Positions 1 to 14,345 of a stretch of 64,000 nucleotides of DNA are shown piece by piece. Every line of letters begins with the position of its first letter. The stretch's first letter is position 1. The translations under genes and the position numbers were made by a program. The notes under the pieces were generated by a model that ran no database searches, had not been told where the DNA came from, and saw only the letters and a list, made by a program, of their open reading frames with translations. Source of the DNA: Anthoceros angustus (taxonomy: Eukaryota; Plantae; Anthocerotophyta); the NCBI GenBank assembly GCA_010909165.1, contig MU008211.1, forward strand, positions 1-64,000, in the 5' to 3' direction.

Positions 1-1944
1 TTTCATACCTAATACTCAAAGAAAGGATTGTTCCTTGGTCCTTGGAATTTGAGAGCTAATACTCAAAGAAAGGATTGTTCCTTAGTCCTCGAAATTTGAG
101 ACCTAATAGCGAAACATTGTTTCTTGCTCCTCAAAATTTCATACCTAATACTCAAAGAACAAGTTGAAGGATGGTGAAGTTCACTCAACTAACCTTTGGA
201 CCACACTATGTCTTTAGAACCGAGGTTAGTACCACTCGATTGATGCTTGACAAAGCTATAGTAGGTTGTTTCTTACTTGACCAGATATTGGTGCTCCTCC
301 TCTTTGTTGCTCATGACTGTGGTCTCACGGTTTGACTTTCCACCTTGGTGGAGAGGTAGCGATGGGTCAAACCCGCTTTTACCATCTGGAGCTTGATGCT
401 ATTACTCTCCCTGCCGATTTGGTTGCCTTCGTGTGGGGACTTGACATGAGCATCTGGCGGGTCTTCGCAATGCGCCCCTCTCCCCCACCTCGTCCAGCTG
501 CCCGTTCTGAATTGGTGGAGCTCCTCTCTTCCCTAGCCCAATCCAAATGGGATGATGGGCAGAAGATGCAGCATATGATGGCAGGCCTAGCCTCTCCACT
601 TCCTCTCGCCAAAGATGGAAAGAGGAGTTTTCCCAAGCAACGAGTCTCCCCTGATATGCATCGCCGTTGATTCGCCTACTGTGGGGCATATCCAGAGCTC
701 CCACTCAGTCATGCGCCAAGATACCGCCTCTGCCGAGCTTGGCCCAAAGTCACATCGGCGCTCGACCCTCAAGCCGCTATACTTCAAGACTATGCGAGTT
801 CACCACTTTGGAACACCAGGATGTCTTGATGGCGGCTTGCGAGCACAGGCGAGGAAGTCCAGCCTCACCGGGCAAGGTGAATGGAATGGGATCATTCCTT
901 GGAGCAGGAGAAGAGCATATGTGTTTTGGCTTGGTGTCGTTGGAAGCTCCAACCAAGGTCGGCTGGAGCAAGTTCATGAAGAGCAAGACCTCGGATCCGA
1001 AGCCTCCTCACTACAGGTTGCTCCCGCCGATCCTTGGACCGGTTCCGGTCACGCTCCCGGGTAATCTCCATAACTTGTGACGTTGTACCCTAGGCATGTT
1101 CCTTGTCTTCTGCTGCTAACCATGAAGCCCACTTTGTAGTGGGCACTGTAGACATTCTTCCCCTAGCCCAGAGCCACTCTCTCATTGTTCGCATGGTCCC
1201 TAGAGGTATCTCACCGCTTTGATCCGTTGTCCATTAGCCAAGCTGATGTCTTAGCGCAGAAGCCTCCTCCACGGTTGCTGCCTTCCTCCCGAGAAGCTAT
1301 GCCGTACCTTCCTCCACTTATGACCCGGTTTCACTATCTAACCCTTGGTTTAGCCGACTCCCCACTTCTAGTACCCCTCCCACACGCCTTATTTTGGAAA
1401 TGGATTGAGTCTTTGGCGGAATCGTGAGCGCATTTATGTCACCTCAAGATATAGAAACTAACTTTGAAGATAAATTTGGAACCGAGTCCTCCTCTAATAG
1501 TAGTGAGGAACCAACGGTCCCCAAGGTCTTCCTTAATATTACCAGCATCTTACACATCCTTTGGGTGAGACAAGTAGATGACTTCACCCTACCTCTAGGA
1601 ACTCGACCATGGTCACATTCCTTGAACAACCTTCGCTTACCGTGTCATGAATATGCAGCCCATCTTTCCAAGTTGGAGGAGCTCGGTATTCACAAGCTAG
1701 AAGCCATGGAGGCTGCCGAAGTTTTGGAATGCAATGGCTAGCGTCACGAACAATAGGTACAATAGGTGCCCATTCCTTGGAATTCGACTCCGTTTGGTTC
1801 ACTATCAAGCACTATGTCATGGTCCAACATCAATGGGGTTGGCAAGTTCAAAATGCGGTTAATTTATTCGAGTTTTTTATTAGATGTAGACGCCGAGGCC
1901 AACTTGTCCCAAATCTACTAATCACAAAATTTATGGAAGGAAGA

Positions 1945-2100
1945 ATTGTTCCTTAGTCCTCGAAATTTGAGAGCTAATACTCAAAGAAAGGATTGTTCCT
2001 TGGTCCTTGGAATTTGAGACCTAATAGCGAAACATTGTTTCTTGCTCCTCAAAATTTCATACCTAATACTCAAAGGAGGATAGTTCCTTGGTCCTCGAAA
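1945..2100 (+). repeat. Module C internal minisatellite, about 40-45 bp unit (TTGTTCCTTGGTCCTCGAAATTTGAGAGCTAATACTCAAAGAAAGGA)
   Basis: 3-4 degenerate head-to-tail units; also at 1-158, 7345-7480, 8295-8410 and 20180-20340. Confidence 0.8.
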
Positions 2101-3244
2101 TACCCAATCATATAGCTGGACTATATATGTACTTTTCCCCTCTTCCACCTTCCAATTCCTCAATTCGGTCTCAATTCCTCACTACACGTAAAAGTTTACA
2201 TTGTTGATCAACCACAACTCCATTATGCAATTCGTTCGTATACCGAGGAGCTAGCAAGGTGTCTAACTACTAAGAATTCTTTACTCCAATTTGGAAATGA
2301 ATCGTGGAGAATATAGTGGGGCTAAAAGGGACGTCTGCAAGGCTCAAAGAACAAGTTGAAGGATTGCCGCACAACAAATAATCCGAAGGACGTTAGAGTT
2401 CACAAAGGCGATGATCAAGACCTTAATCAATTTGCACAAGACTTAGAGCAAGACTTGGCGAAGCCCATGATGAACATGAGGTTATAAGCGATGTTTTCCA
2501 CGCCAACTAAGCGGCCGAGGGGCGTCAAAAGGCTCAAAGAACAAGTTGAAGGATTGCCAAAGACATGTTGCGAATCCGGACATCGTGGTTGGCAATGATC
2601 ATGCGAAGAATTCGAAGATGGCGTGATCTAAACCGGTTTGAACAAGAATTAGTGCAGAACATGCTGGAAGCTGAAGATGATGACGAGTTTATGCGGCCAG
2701 TGGCCCATGTTCATGTTGCTCAGAACAATATTTCCACAATGAGATGTGCACAATCTCTAGAGCGCAACAGGGACCAAATAGAGGCAATGAATCGGCGAAT
2801 CCATATGGAGCTGTCCCATATCCCAAAGCGCCGAAAATGTGTAGAGGATGCAAGGAGAGAGCACCACGTCGACCAAGTTGGCCAAACCTAATGCCTAATG
2901 GTTATAAAACATATTTGAGTGTTTAAAGGTACTTAACGTACCCAAGAATAGCCACCATGTTTGAGGTCTAGACTTTCTTTTCTTTTGTTTCAATAAATAA
3001 AAATGCAGCCTCTGTGATTGGAACCATATATCACTAGTGGCCCATGGGTCCGGCGTATGCATCCACATCGAACTGCCCCGACATCCTCTTGATGACCATG
3101 CCACATTTATAACTGCGCTCGAGCGTCTCTTGAGGTGGATGTTTCTTTGGCCAACTCTTTCGGTGGGGAGGCCGGTTCCCTCCTTGTCATCCTTCCCATG
3201 CGATGCCTCCACGCTTGCTCGGCGTGCCTCGGCCACGAATTTTC

Positions 3245-3526
3245 TAAAGCGAATTGTATAGCGCATATGCCATAGCCGGGATCTAAGGCGGTGATCTATG
3301 CCCGGGTGGCCAATAGGCCGGCGACGCGTGGGGGCAGCACCTGGGCAAGGAGAATCAACTGGACAATAACGTGATTGTATTGTGGAAAAGTAGAAAGTGT
3401 TATATAGTCAAACTACTCGGTTTATACGAAACCGTCTTAAGCTGCTTAACTAAAATGAGAACTACCTCGCTAAGGTAATAACCGCGTGCCGTTATTTAAC
3501 TAAGCATATTCTAATACTCCCCACTT
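3245..3526 (-). mobile_element. Ty1/copia 3' LTR (about 3245-3516) and polypurine tract (3517-3526)
   Basis: Minus strand reads AAGTGGGGAG followed by TATTAGAATA. The opposite LTR end (TAAAGCGAATTGTATAGCGCATATGCCATAGCCGGGATCTAAGGCGGTGATCTA) matches the sequence next to the PBS at 14927-14978. Confidence 0.65.
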
Positions 3527-6500
3527 AGTTGAAACATTTTATATGGGAATATGACCTTCGAGGTTCGAAAAGGAAAAGTACTTTGGGCATCTAATCGAAT
3601 GTACCCAAAATTCACGGGACAACATGTGTCTTGCATTAAAACATTCCATTATGCTCCATCTACGGGATGCTTGCGCTCCAAACTCTTACGCCCATCATCG
3701 ACTATAAATAGCAACCATGGCCACTCACCATATCCGAATCTGTTGTTGCTCATGACATTAGTGCGGTTTGACTTTCCACCTTGGTGGAGAGGTAGCGATG
3801 GGTCAAACCGCTTTTACCATCTGGAGCTTGATGCTGTACTCTCCACGATTTAGTTTGCCTTCGTGTGGGGACTTGACATGAGCATCTGGCGGGTCTTCAT
3901 AATGCGCCCCTCTCCCCACCTCGTCCCGGTGCAGTGCAGATTGGTGGAGCTCCTCTCTTCCCTAGCCCAATCCAAATGGGATGATGGGCGGAAGATCGAC
4001 ATATGATGGCGGGCCTAGCCTCTCCACTTCCTCTGCCAAAGATGGAAGGAGTTTTCCCAAACAACAGTCTCCACGATATGCATGGTTTGATTCGCCGTTG
4101 TGGGGGCATATCGGCGAGCTCCCCACTCGAGTCATGCGCCAAGATCGCCTCCTGCTTGGCCAAAGTCACATCGAGCTCGACCCTCAAGCTCATACTTCAA
4201 GGACTAGGTTCACCAGACTTTGGAACACCAGGATGTCTTGATGGGCGGCTGCGAGCTGACGAGGAAGTCCAGCCTCACCGGGCAAGGTGAATGGAATGGG
4301 ATCATTCCTTGGGCGGGAGAAGAGCATATGTGTTTTGGCTTGGTGTCGTTGGAAGCTCCAACCAAGGTCGGTGGAGCAAGTTCATGAAGAGCAAGACCTC
4401 GGACCGAAAGCCTCCTCACTCTGAGTTGCTCCATGATCCTTGGACGGTTCGGTCACGCTCCCGGGTAATCTCCATAACTTGTGACGTTGTACCCTAGGCA
4501 TGTTCCTTGTCTTCTGCGCTAACCATGAAGCCCACTTTGTAGTGGAGCATGTTGTTCTTCCCTAGCCCGAGCCACTCTCTCATTGTTCGCATGGTCCCTA
4601 GAGGTATCTCACCGCTTTGATCCGTTGTCCATTAGCGGTGATGTCTTAGCGGTAGCGAGAAGCCTCCTCCACGGTTGCCACCTTCCTCCCGGGGCGCGTA
4701 CCTTCCTCCACACTTGCCAAACCGGTTTCACTATCTAACCCTTGGTTTAGCCTGACTCCCCACTTCTAGTACCCCCTCCCGTCGCCTTATTTTGGAAATG
4801 GATTCGTCTAATCTAAATCATTTTATGTCACCTCCAAGATATAGAAACTAACTTTGAAGATAAATTTGGAACCGGAGTCCTCCTCTTATAGTAGTGAGGA
4901 ACCAATAGTCCCCCAAGGTCTTCCTTAATATTACCAGCATCTTACACATCACTGGGTGAGACAAGTAGATGACTTCACCCCTACCTCTAGGAACTCAGCC
5001 ATGGTCACATTCCTTGAACAACCTTCGCTTAGTATACCAGCCTGTCATGAATATGCAGCCCATCTTTCCAAGTTGGAGGAGCTCGGTATTCACAAGCTAG
5101 AAGCCATGGAGGCTGCCAGGAAGTTTTTGGAATGCAATGGCTAGCGTGCGAACAATAGGTACAATAGGTGCCCATTCCTTGGAATTCGACTCCGTTTGGT
5201 TCACTATCAAGCACTATGTCCGAATATGGTCCAACATCAATGGGGTTGGCAAGTTCGGGTTCATTTGTTCGAGTTTTTATTAGATGTGAGCGTCGAGGCC
5301 AACTTGTCCCAAATCTACTAATCACAAAATTTATGGAAGGAAGAATTGTTCCTTAGTCCTCGAAATTTGAGAGCTCCAAGGCAAAAACGCAAGACGCGCT
5401 GAACTTCGACAAGGGAGTTCCAAGGTGTCTTCACAACTCCGAGTGCAGCTTCAACCGGTGATGCAAGGAACCAACGGTCCCCAAGGTCTTCCTTAATATT
5501 ACCCGGCATCTTACACATCCTTTGGGTGAGACAAGTAGATGACTTCACCCCTACCTCTAGGAACTCGACCATGGTCACATTGAACAACCTTCGCTTAGTA
5601 TACCATTTGTCATGAATATGCAGCCCATCTTTCAAGTTGGAGGCTCGGTATTCACAAGCTAGAAGCCATGGAGGCTGCCAGAAGTTTTGGAATGCAATGG
5701 CTAGCGTCGAACAATAGGTACAATAGGTGCCCATTCCTGAATTCGACTCCGTTTGGTTCACTATCAAGCACTATAGAATATGGTCCAACATCAATGGGGT
5801 TGGCAAGTTCGTGCGAGTTGGTTTATTCGAGTTTTTATTAGATGTAGCGTCGAGGCCAACTTGTCCCAAATCTACTAATCACAAAATTTATGGAAGGAAG
5901 AATTGTTCCTTAGTCCTCGAAATTTGAGAGCTAATACTCAAAGAAAGGAGTAGGGATCGGTGGAAACAAGGCGACTCGGCCCGCATGAAAGTGCTCACAA
6001 TGGATTCTCAGATGACGAAACATGGAGAAGGAGTGGGAGTAAAGCTACCAAGAAGACCCAAAATGATCGCAACAAAGAAGGAAAAGGAAAAGAAAGTGCA
6101 AGCCTGTTCCACATGTGACGGAGTCCGTGTCCTCGTGGATTACTACGTATTCGACCCCTATTCTACGCCTATTCTCATCCATCCTAGGTGATGTCTTAGC
6201 ACAGAAGCCTCCTCCACGGTTGCCCTGCCTTCCTCCCTGCCGTACCTTCCTCCACACTTGCCAAACCATTTCACTATCTAACCCTTGGTTTAACTGCCGA
6301 CTCCCCCACTTCTAGTACCCCCTCCCATAGTCGCCTTATTTTGGAAATGGTTCGTCTTTGGCAGAATCGTAGACGCATTTTATGTCACCTCCAAGATATA
6401 GAAACTAACTTTGAAGATAAATTTGGAACCGGAGTCCTCCTCTTATAGTAGTGAGGAACCAACAGTCCCCAAGGTCTTCCTTAATATTACCCGACATCTT

Positions 6501-9500
6501 ACACATCAGGTGAGACAAGTAGATGACTTCACCCCTACCTCTAGGAACTCGTACCATGGTCACATTCCTTGAACAACCTTCGCTTAGTATAGTATACCAC
6601 TGTCATGAATATGCAGCCCATCTTTCCAAGTTGGAGGAGCTCGGTATTCACAAGCTAGAAGCCATGGAGGCGCCGAAGTTTTGGAATGCAATGGCTAGCG
6701 TCGAACAATAGGTACAATAGGTGCCCATTCCTTGGAATTCGACTCCGTTTGGTTCACTATCAAGCACTATGTCCGAATATGGTCCAACATCAATGGGGTT
6801 GGCAAGTTCGTGCGGTTAATTTGTTGAGTTTTTATTAGATGTAGACGTCGAGGCCAACTTGTCCCAAATCTACTAATCACAAAATTTATGGAAGGAAGAA
6901 TTCGCCAAGTCGACAAGGTGCGGGAAGACCTCATCTGTTCTTGAGAACACAAGGAAAGCTCCTTTGGAGGATTAGAACGAAAGACCTAGCTAATGGGCTG
7001 TGCCCAGTGGCTTTGGGAATAGAGCAAATGCCAGCATCTACGGGATGCTTGCGCTCCAAACTCTTACGCCCATCATCGACTATAAATAGCAACCATGGCC
7101 ACTCACCATATCCGAATTGTTGTTGCTCCGGTGATCGTAGCCCTCCCGGTGTTGCTCTTGTCAGCACACTGGGTTGTGTGCACAACCTCCTCGATCCGCA
7201 CCATGGAAGACTCTGCTCAAGGATTGAGATGCATGAGTGGATCGGACACAGGTGCGCCCGAAAATTCTGAGCCTCCTTCCTCACAACATGTTCTCGCCTG
7301 ACTCCAGATAGTGCCATTCGATACCCAACAACGCCTCCGCCAGCTTGAGAGCTAATACTCAAAGAAAGGATTGTTCCTTGGTCCTTGGAATTTGAGACCT
7401 AATAGCGAAACATTGTTTCTTGCTCCTCAAAATTTCATACCTAATACTCAAAGGAGGATAGTTCCTTGGTCCTCGAAATACCCAATCATATAGCTGGACT
7501 ATATATGTACTTTTCCCCTCTTCCACCTTCCAATTCCTCAATTCGTCTCAATTCCTCACTACGTAAATGTTTACATTGTTGATCAACCACAACTCCCGAC
7601 TGAATTCGTTTACGTATACCGAGCTAGCAAGGTGTCTTCACAACTCCATTATGCAATTCGTTTACGTATACCGGGCTAGCAAGGTGTCTAACTACTAAAA
7701 TTCTTTACTCCAATTTGGAAATGAATCGCGTGGAGAATATAGTGGGGCTAAAAGAAAGGGGCGTCCGCAAGGCTCAAAGAACAAGTTGAAGGATTGCCGC
7801 ACAACAAATAATCCGAAGGACGTTAGAGTTCACAAAAGGCGATGATCAAGACCTTAATCAATTTGCACAAGACTTAGAGCAAGACTTGGCGAAAGCCCAT
7901 GATGAACATGAGGTTATAAGCGGTGTTTCCAGCCGGCGCCCGCGAGAGGGGCTCAAAAGGCTCAAAGAACAAGCGAAGGATTGCCAAAGACATGTTGCGA
8001 ATCCGGACATCGTGGTTGGCAATGATCATGCGAAGAATTCAAGATGAGCGTGATCTAAACCGGTTTGAACAAGAATTAGTGCGAGAACATCTTTGGAAGT
8101 CAAGATGATGGAGTTTATGCGGCGGTGGCCCATGTTCATGTTGCTCGAACAATATTTCCACAATGAGATGTGCACAATCTCTAGAGCGCAGCAGGGACCA
8201 AATAGAGGCAATGAATCGGCGAATCCATATGGAGTCATCCCATATCCCAAAGCCGAAAATGTGTAGAGGATGCAAGGAACCAAGTGCAAGGGAAGAAAGG
8301 ATTGTTCCTTGGTCCTTGGAATTTGAGACCTAATAGCGAAACATTGTTTCTTGCTCCTCAAAATTTCATACCTAATACTCAAAGGGAGGATAGTTCCTTG
8401 GTCCTCGAAATACCCAATCATATAGCTGGACTATATGTACTTTTCCCCTCTTCCACCTTCCAATTCCTCAATTCGTCTCAATTCCTCACTACACAAGATG
8501 TTTACATTGTTGATCAACCACAACTCCATTTTATACGAATTCGTTTACGTATACCGAGCTAGCAAGGTGTCTAACTACTAAAATTCTTTACTCCAATTTG
8601 GAAATGAATCGCGTGGAGAATATAGTGGGGCTAAAAGAAAAGTGCAAGCCTGTTCCACATGTGACGGAGTCCGTGTCCTCGTGGATTACTACGTATTCGA
8701 CCCCTATTCTACGCCTATTCTCATCCATCCTAGGTGATGTCTTAGCGGTAGCGAGAAGCCTCCTCCACGGTTGCCACCTTCCTCCCGGAGGCTGCACCTT
8801 CCTCCACACTTGCCAAACCGGTTTCACTATCTAACCCTTGGTTTAATGCCGACTCCCCACTTCTAGTACCCCCTCCCAGTCGCCTTATTTTGGAAATGGT
8901 TCGTCTTTGGCGGAATCGTGAAGCGCATTTTATGTCACCTCAAGATATAGAAACTAACTTTGAAGATAAATTTGGAACCGAGTCCTCCTCTAATAGTAGT
9001 GAGGAACCAACGGTCCCCAAGGTCTTCCTTAATATTACCCATCTTACACATCACTTTGGGTGAGACAAGTAGATGACTTCACCCCTACCTCTAGGAACTC
9101 GTATGGTCACATTCCTTGAACAACCTTCGCTTAGTATACCCACTGTCATGAATATGCAGCCCATCTTTCCAAGTTGGAGGAGCTCATTCACAAGCTAGAA
9201 GCCATGGAGGTGCCAGAAGTTTTGGAATGCAATGGCTAGCGTCGAACAATAGGTACAATAGGTGCCCATTCCTTGGAATTCGACTCCGTTTGGTTCACTA
9301 TCAAGCACTATGTCCGAATATGGTCCAACATCAATGGGGTTGGCAAGTTCGTGCGGTTTAATTTCGAGTTTTTATTAGATGTGAGCGTCGAGGCCAACTT
9401 GTCCCAAATCTACTAATCACAAAATTTATGGAAGGAAGAATTCGCCAAGTCGACAAGGTGCGGGAAGACCTCATACAAACCGAGAACACAAGGAAAGCTC

Positions 9501-9993
9501 CTGGAGGATTAGAACGAAAGACCTAGCTAATGGTCAGTGCCTTTAGTGGCTACGCAGAATAGAGCAAATGCCAAAGTATGCTTGTCGTGAATAGGAAAGT
9601 GCCTTTGTGAGAAGGTTCAAACATTGTCTTCTGCTGCTAACCATGAAGCCCACTTTGTAGTGACCTTTGTGAACATTCTTCCCTAGCCCGAGCCACTCTC
9701 TCATTGTTCGCATGGTCCCTAGAGGTATCTCACGCTTTGATCCGTTGTCCATTAGCGGTGATGTCTTAGCGGTAGCGAGAAGCCTCCTCCACGGTTGCCA
9801 CCTTCCTCCCGGAGGCTGCACCTTCCTCCACACTTGCCAAACCGGTTTCACTATCTAACCCTTGGTTTAATGCCGACTCCCCACTTCTAGTACCCCCTCC
9901 CAGTCGCCTTATTTTGGAAATGGTTCGTCTTTGGCGGAATCGTGAAGCGCATTTTATGTCACCTCAAGATATAGAAACTAACTTTGAAGATAA

Positions 9994-11470
9994 ACAGATG
10001 GTAGATAATTTCTTACTACTCCATGAGACTCTTGAGTTACCCATGAAGGTGCAATAAGCCACACTGCGGTATGGATCCCCGCCCAATCCGCATCGCAATA
10101 AGTCAAGGGCTAAAATGTCCTTTGCTCTCCCAAAGCGTGGGTGCCTAGGGTACCTTTGAGGTATCTGAAAATTCTCTTAACTGCAGTCCAGTGGGCATCG
10201 GGGTTCTCCAAAAGCTGGTGTTGCTCCCCACGCGTGTTATGTCCGAGAGTCCATGGAAGGTAGATTAAGGATCCAACAGCTTGTCTGTAGGGCACCTTGC
10301 TCATGATGAGCTTCTCCTCCTCTTAAGTTGGGCACTGTGCTAGGGACAGCTTCTCACCTAGTGCCATGGGTGTAGCTACAGGTTTGGCATCGACCATATG
10401 GAACCTCTCCAGCAGTTGTGTGACGAAGTGTTCTTGATGGATATCTATCGTGCCATCAGCTTTGTTCATGTGGAACTAGACACTCAAGGAGAAGGTTAGC
10501 TCACCGAGGTCTGTCATTTCAAATTGAGCAAGGAGGATCTGCTTAATACGGGCCATAAGGCTGGCAGAATTGCTGAACAAAAAATTGTCATCAACATAAA
10601 CTGTGAGGATGAGAAAATCAGCTTCGTCCCTCAAGAGATACACACTAGTGTCCGCATCCTGGCAAACGAAGCCGAGCTCTATGAGCAACTTGTGGAAAAC
10701 TTCATACCATGCTCTTGAGGCTTGTTTAAGTCCATAAAGTGTCTTGAGAAGCTTGCAAACCTTCTTCTCATCAACAGCATATCCTTCAGGTTGACTCATA
10801 TAGATATCCTCTTCAAGCAAGCCATTCGAAAAGCCGTTTGACATCTAGGCGATGCACAAGCATTATAATGGCGGCTATGGCTAAAAGGATCTGGATGTAG
10901 ATTTGACTACGGGGCAAAAGTCTCATTGTAGTCTAAGCTGTTGTTGTAGCCTTTAGCTACGAGGCGAGCCTTATGTCGCCGCAGTTCCATCGGGTGTTCA
11001 ACTTCTTCTTGAAAACCCATTTACAAGCTACTGACCTTTCTACCTTTGGGGAGCTCCACTAGTTTCCAAGTCCGGTTTGTAATAAGGGATTGATACTAAT
11101 CTATGCGACTTTCCAAAAGGATGCCTGTGGCCTCAAAGTTCTTGTAGGTAGTGGTTCTCCTAGGGAAGCAGAGACCGAAAAGCTGGTGATGCAACCACCG
11201 GCGGTAAGAGGCTCTTTCCACTCGGCCATTGGTCTCATGAAAGTACAGGCCGTCAAGGATGGGACTTCATCTTCTGGATCAGACTCAAGATTGTCAATAG
11301 CAACAACCTCATCAATATCAGGAATACCTGAGGGAGGTTCAGTTTCTTCATCATTATGGCTGTCGAGTGCTTGAGAGTCATCTTGACGAGTAACAGGCTG
11401 ATGTTGTGCCACTGATGTCCCCCCTTGATCCGAAGAGGGAGGATAATCTTCGAAATAACTGATCTCATCG
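9994..11470 (-). pseudogene. pol: Ty1/copia reverse transcriptase and start of RNase H (frameshifted, truncated)
   Basis: EEDIYMSQPEGY...CKLLKTLYGLKQASRAWY, LTVYVDD, FEMTDLGEL, PYRQAVGSLIYL, HWTAVKRIFRYLKGT, CDADWAG, VSWSSKK; cut at about 9994 by module B. Confidence 0.93.
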
Positions 11471-12281
11471 CTATCACCATTCAAAGTGGCTGGACATGCT
11501 CCTCCTCTTTGTTGCTCATGACCGGGTGGTCTCGGTTTGACTTTCCACCTTGGTGGAGAGGTAGCGATGGGTCAAACCCGCTTTTACCATCGGAGCTTGA
11601 TGCTATTACTCTCCCTGCCGATTTGGTTGCCTTCGTGTGGGGACTTGACATGAGCATCTGGCGGGTCTTAATCGCCCCTCTCCCCCACCTCGTCCGGTGC
11701 CGTTCAATTGGTGGAGCTCCTCTCTTCCCTAGCCCAATCCAAATGGGATGATGGCGGAAGATGCAGACATATGATGGCGGGCCTAGCCTCTCCACTTCCT
11801 CTCGCCAAAGATGGAAAGAGTTTTCCCAAGCAACGAGTCTCCCACAGTATGCATCGGTTTGATTCGCCGCGGTGTGAGGGCATATCGAAGGAGCTCCACT
11901 CCGAGTCATGCGCCAAGATACCGCCTCCTGCTGGAGCTTGGCCAAAGTCACATCTCAGCTCGACCCTCAAGCCGCTCATACTTCAAGACTATGCGAGTTC
12001 ACCCATGACTTTGGAACACCACCGGATGTCTTGATGGCGGCTTGCGAGCACAGACGAGGAAGTCCAGCCTCACCGGCAAGGTGAATGGAATGGGATCATT
12101 CCTTGGGCGGAGAAGAGCATATGTGTTTTGGCTTGGTGTCGTTGGAAGCTCCAACCAAGGTCGGTGGAGCAAGTTCATGAAGAGCAAGACCTCGGACCTC
12201 CTCACTACAGGTTGCTCCCGGATCCTTGGACGGTTCCGGTCACGCTCCCGGGTAATCTCCATAACTTGTGACGTTGTACCC

Positions 12282-14345
12282 TTCACCTCTTGAATAACCA
12301 ACAAAGATGTGCTTGGTGGCCTTGGGATCAAGCTTTGATCGTTGTGCGGGAGGAACAAGGGAGTAAGCTGGTGATCCAAAGATGCGATGATCGGGCTTCG
12401 CCTGCCCGTCAGAAGGTGTGACCAAACCGAGCTCCTTGGTGGGGAGTCGATTCATAGTTAATCGCCATTAAAGCCTCGCCCAATAACCACGAGTAAGTCC
12501 AGCAAAAGTGAGGGAAGCCAGAGTAGCTTCTTGCAAGGTTCTGTTCTTGCGCTTACGAAAAGAGTTACCTGGTGTATAAGGTACCGTGAACTGATGAAGG
12601 ATACCTTCTTCCTGACAGAAAGCAGTGAAGTCGTTGCTAGTGTATTCACCACCATTGTCACTTCTAAAGATTCGTACCTTGCATGAGGTCCTAGTTGAGC
12701 AAAAGCTACAAAGGTCTTGAAGCGAAAAACTTCACTTTTTGTCAAGTGGATACACCACACAATAACGACTCCACTCATCAATAAAAGTGAGGAAGTAGCT
12801 AGCCCCACCAAAGGAAGAGGTGGACATCGGGCCACAAACATCACTATGCAGATGCAACAAACCATCAGCCACTAAGGGCCTTATCCTTGAAAGGAAGGGA
12901 ATGTGCTGTTGGCATGCGCAAAAGGCATCCTTATCAAGAGTGAGGAAAAGGGGTTCTCTATAGGAATCGCCTTGAAAGAGGGAACCTAAACGCTGAAAGT
13001 TGATGTGACCAAGACGACAATGCCAGAGTTGAGTGGAAGAAGCTACAGTGGCATGGGCGGTCTGTGGAAAAGAAAAAACTGTGCGAACATTCAGCAGGTA
13101 TAAATCATGATGAGGAGTACCAGAAAACAGAGTCTGAGAAGATCTAAGTGTGGTGGCATGACAACCTTGCTGATCAAAACTCACTCGGCATTTGTGTTCC
13201 TGCGTCAACTTCAGGACGGACATGAGGTTTTTTGTCATGGAAGGAACATACAGAACGTCTGTAAGCACGAGGTGTGAGGTGTCTTGCAAAGCTATGATGA
13301 CTAAGCCCGTTCCCTTAATTGAAAGTCCACTGTCATCACCCAAGAGCACAAACTGTTTAGAATCATTTGCAGAAATGAAAGTAGAAAAGGAGCTTCCATG
13401 AAAACATATATGGCTGGTGGCTCCAGAATCTAAGAACCATGTGTCAGATTGAACTTGGGAAGATGAAAGGCAGACTGCTAGGATAGAGGGCTGCTTAGCC
13501 TTGCTGATGGTGACATTGGTTTCTGGAGGTTGGTCACGCTTTGGCTCTCCATTCTTCTTCTTCCGGCAATCACGCTCATAGTGGCCGGGTATCTTGCACC
13601 AGTTGCAGATGAATGTCTTCTTGACAGGACCATCTCTTTGTGGTTGTTGGTAGGAGCCTCGTCCTCTTCCTCTGCCACGGAAACCTCCTCGCCCTCGCCC
13701 TGAGAATAACACTCGTGTGTTTAAAGGAGTGGAGCCCTTCGTCTTGTGAAGGCCTTGAACGCCTCGAATCGTGGCACCCATCACTTCCTCGAGAGTGATC
13801 TTGGGAGTTTGTCCGGCAACAGTTGCTTGTATTGCAGCATGCATGGTGGCATTCTGGCTGCCTACAAAGTGTTGGTAACTCTCAGGGAGTGATGCCAAAA
13901 GGCAAGTTGCGCTTGAACCTCTCAACAAGGTGCCATGAAAGAAAGGTTAGCTCAGTTGTTCAAACTTGTTGATGTAGGCCTCAACAGCTCATTCTCCTTC
14001 ATCCGGAGGTTGTAGAAGTCTCTCGCGAATGCACCAGAAGCCGAGCTTGTGTCCGTAAATGGACTGAAAACCTTCCAAACGTCAGGACGAATCGCCTCTG
14101 GTATGGTATCATGTTTCGCCCAAGGCAGTAATGAGTATGGATCGAGCACGCCTATCCTTCCGCCTCCCAAGCTAGGATATCGCCTCACGATCTCATGTGG
14201 TTAGTGACCTTTGGATGCTCCATTCACAATGGAAAACATCATGCTCCTCGAATATTTAAGCACCGATGACCCAAATGTTGAAGTCTGTACCATTAAACTC
14301 CCCTGTCTCGAACTCTATCTTCAGTGGTGACAAGCCTCCCTGTGC
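12282..14345 (-). pseudogene. gag-pol: Ty1/copia gag, protease, GAG-pre-integrase and integrase (frameshifted)
   Basis: ORF 12732..13928: zinc knuckle CNWCKIPGHYERDC, protease WFLDSGATSHI, LWHCRLGH, integrase HSDVCGPM...GGASYFLTFIDE. SH3-like RSKLDPKATKHIFVGYS at about 12290-12345. Gag N-terminus FNGTDFNIW at about 14270-14300. Confidence 0.95.
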
